DNA of 64,000 nucleotides from Marsupella aquatica. Its lineage: Eukaryota; Plantae; Marchantiophyta. Of this stretch, positions 62,201 through 64,000 are shown piece by piece. The stretch is taken from positions 7,691,241 to 7,755,240 of the forward strand of contig OZ316899.1 of NCBI GenBank assembly GCA_973895155.1. The letters are read 5' to 3'. The notes beneath the pieces are model-generated. The model ran no database searches, was not told where the DNA came from, and was given only the letters and a program-made list of their open reading frames with translations. The position numbers and the translations under genes were made by a program. Within the stretch, counting starts at the first letter, position 1. Each line of letters begins with the position of its first letter.

Positions 62201-63285
62201 CATCGCTAAGATCCACAGCGTTGATGATGGAGCGTACCTGTGCTGGCTGGGTGATAGGTGGTGGGGTTTGGCTAGGCTGCGGCTGAGGCTGAGGCTGAAG
62301 CTGAGGTTGCATGGGCACGGGTACGGGTACGGGCCCGGCTGAGTTGGTCATGTTGGTTGATGGCCGAGTTCCCATGAAGCTCTGCAGGTGCTGGTAGAAG
62401 TTCTCCGAAGCGAGTGCGGACGCCCTTGTCGAACGGTTGGTACTGGACTCGCCGTTAATGACAGCCCGAACCTGGGCAGGGATGTGGTCGAAGTGATGTC
62501 GCTGCAGGTCGATTGTACCCGGGATATTGAAGACCTCGTCCGGAAGCCGAAGCAATGCTTCCCAGAACCCGATATATTTGTCTCCGTTGAAGAAGTACCC
62601 AGATACCTCAGCTGGTCGGTAAAGCTCGCTCTGAGACGGGTAGTCAAAGTTAAGGACGTAGTGGTGTCGTCCTGCTAGGCGGATGGCTCTCTCGTATTCG
62701 CGTTCGATCTCGTATCGGCGCGGGTTGGCGTGTTTCAATGAATCGGCCAAGTGCCTTCCGGTAGATAGGAACTGCGTCTAGAATCGAATGGCCGAGCTGG
62801 AGAGGATCGTGTGCGACATTTAGAGGAGATAGTAGTGGCGACCTAGAGAGAACGAGAGAGCTGGGGTCGAAGCTGGCGCGCGGACTGATGGACTGGTGCA
62901 CTACAAAGGGTTGGCTCCCCTTTTATACTTTGAGGGCTTGTCGATCCCCGACGTCTCCTCGACGCCCATAGGTTGAACCACTCACGCTTGTGGTGTACCG
63001 GCCACTCCGCCGGTCTGAGTCAGCGTGCGTCAGTGGCCGCTTCCTTAAGTTCGTTATACGGACCCGAGGGAGGGGCCCCTCCACGCTCGTAACCCGGGTG
63101 TGCGAATAGCGACCCGCCGCCAGCCCGAACCTGAAGTCCCCCTTATTGCCTAATGATGTCCTACCCCTAATGATTACCTAAATACTGTCATTATGCTAAT
63201 AATAGCGGCCTAAGACCCACCTAACGCGCGTGCCGAGCGCAGTTAGACTGAATCACTCATTAACCACCGTACCGGCGGCGTCACA
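59285..63285 (-). mobile_element. 3' LTR, family A (4001 bp), containing a near-intact long ORF
   Basis: TGTGACGCCGCC...GACGTGACA on the minus strand; immediately follows the integrase and purine tract AAGCAGGGAG; same ends as the PBS-adjacent LTR at 38633-42130. Confidence 0.93.
60183..62819 (-). CDS. LTR-encoded protein, family A (878 codons from ATG 62819, one TAG at codon 14, then open to 60183): N-domain, P/Q-rich linker, basic NLS-like motif, PMD/Transposase_32-like domain, coiled coil
   Basis: ORF 60183..62750. The upstream in-frame MSHTILSSSAIRF*TQF matches MSHTILSSSALRFWT in the 41657 copy. Contains RGKKRK, QGFEHLASLPW...DMTEFVKNY...GRNMSLTEERLKMIFGLPEG and a heptad-rich C-terminus. 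Confidence 0.88.
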
Positions 63286-64000
63286 TAGCTCCCTGCTTAA
63301 TTGTGAAGCGGCCTCGCGAACATCGCTATCGGCGTCGTCATCTTGATGGTGGTCCTTTTTAACACGATCGTAGCTGATTCGCGTGGGGAGTAAATCGCCG
63401 GCATACGTCGCAAGCTCCAAAGATCCGTTTCGGTAGATCTGATTGACAAGGAAGGGCCCTAACCACCGGGTATGCAGCTTCCCTGGAAACTGCATGTACC
63501 TACTATCGTACAGAAGGACTAGATCGCCTGCCACGACGTCGACCCTCCGTAGTCCTTTGTCGTGCTGCTTCTTCGAAGTTGCCTGTTTCTTCACGGTGTG
63601 TCGAGCTGCCAGTAGCCGTGCTTCTTCCAAGGCTTCAATCTGATAAGCTCGGTCTGACAGACTTTCAGATTCAGGTAAGCGATCCCGAATGCTGACCCGT
63701 GGAGTGTGCACTTCAAATTCGACGGGCACCAACGAATGTTGGCCGAACACCAGAAAGTACGGGCTGTGACTCGTAGTAGTTTTGTAAGCTAGATTATACG
63801 AGTACACCGCCGCGTACAACTTATCATCCCAATCCGTTTTGTGCGCAGCTACAGTTTTGTTGAGGATCTTCCCAATGATACCATTTGCTCTCTCCGCCAT
63901 CCCGTTGGCTTTAGGATGATATGGGGTAGTCTTGCGGTGCTTGACTAGGTAACGCTCCGTAAGCTGGGCTATGGTGTCATTGAGGAAGTGGGTTCCACGG
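63253..64000 (-). CDS. pol: gypsy integrase C-terminal half, reading into the 3' LTR; continues off-window
   Basis: GTHFLND, TTPYHPKANGMAERAN, RWLGPF; close paralog of 4098..4715. Confidence 0.93.
   Translation of the reverse strand, partial: RGTHFLNDTIAQLTERYLVKHRKTTPYHPKANGMAERANGIIGKILNKTVAAHKTDWDDKLYAAVYSYNLAYKTTTSHSPYFLVFGQHSLVPVEFEVHTPRVSIRDRLPESESLSDRAYQIEALEEARLLAARHTVKKQATSKKQHDKGLRRVDVVAGDLVLLYDSRYMQFPGKLHTRWLGPFLVNQIYRNGSLELATYAGDLLPTRISYDRVKKDHHQDDDADSDVREAASQLSRELCDAAGTVVNE

Noticed and set aside
60183-62750. Retroviral-type envelope glycoprotein
   Set aside because: No signal peptide or transmembrane helix is visible; it has basic NLS-like motifs instead.

Overview
This window is plant heterochromatin made entirely of nested transposable elements. 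The element mix suggests a bryophyte-like land plant, but that is an inference. No host housekeeping gene, RNA gene or CRISPR array was recognised. Boundaries were resolved by eye from termini and target-site duplications (TSDs). (1) Non-chromovirus Ty3/gypsy elements (Athila/Phygy-like pol, tRNA-Asn PBS) have giant 3.5-4.6 kb LTRs that carry a sense-strand gene of about 880-1150 codons inside U3. The gene encodes a plant-mobile-domain/Transposase_32-like domain plus a coiled coil. There are three copies of one family (38633-42130, 42131-44596, 59285-63285), one of a second family (29806-34407) and a deleted derivative (4704-6088). (2) A 16.7 kb Sola-like DNA transposon (9769-26425) has an AAGA TSD and 17-bp subterminal inverted repeats. 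It encodes a DDD transposase, a ParB-like/DNA-methyltransferase-like/Ulp1 fusion gene and an FCP1-like phosphatase, and carries about 10 copies of a 19-bp palindrome. (3) There are three related 2.3-2.4 kb solo LTRs with perfect 5-bp TSDs. (4) A complete Bianca-type copia element with TG...TA LTRs spans 49505-55709. (5) The rest comprises a divergent gypsy remnant with a MULE-type MITE, three nested CACTA left ends, a second ParB-like pseudogene and several tandem repeats. Most ORFs carry stops or frameshifts. All domain calls are from motif recognition, not database searches.
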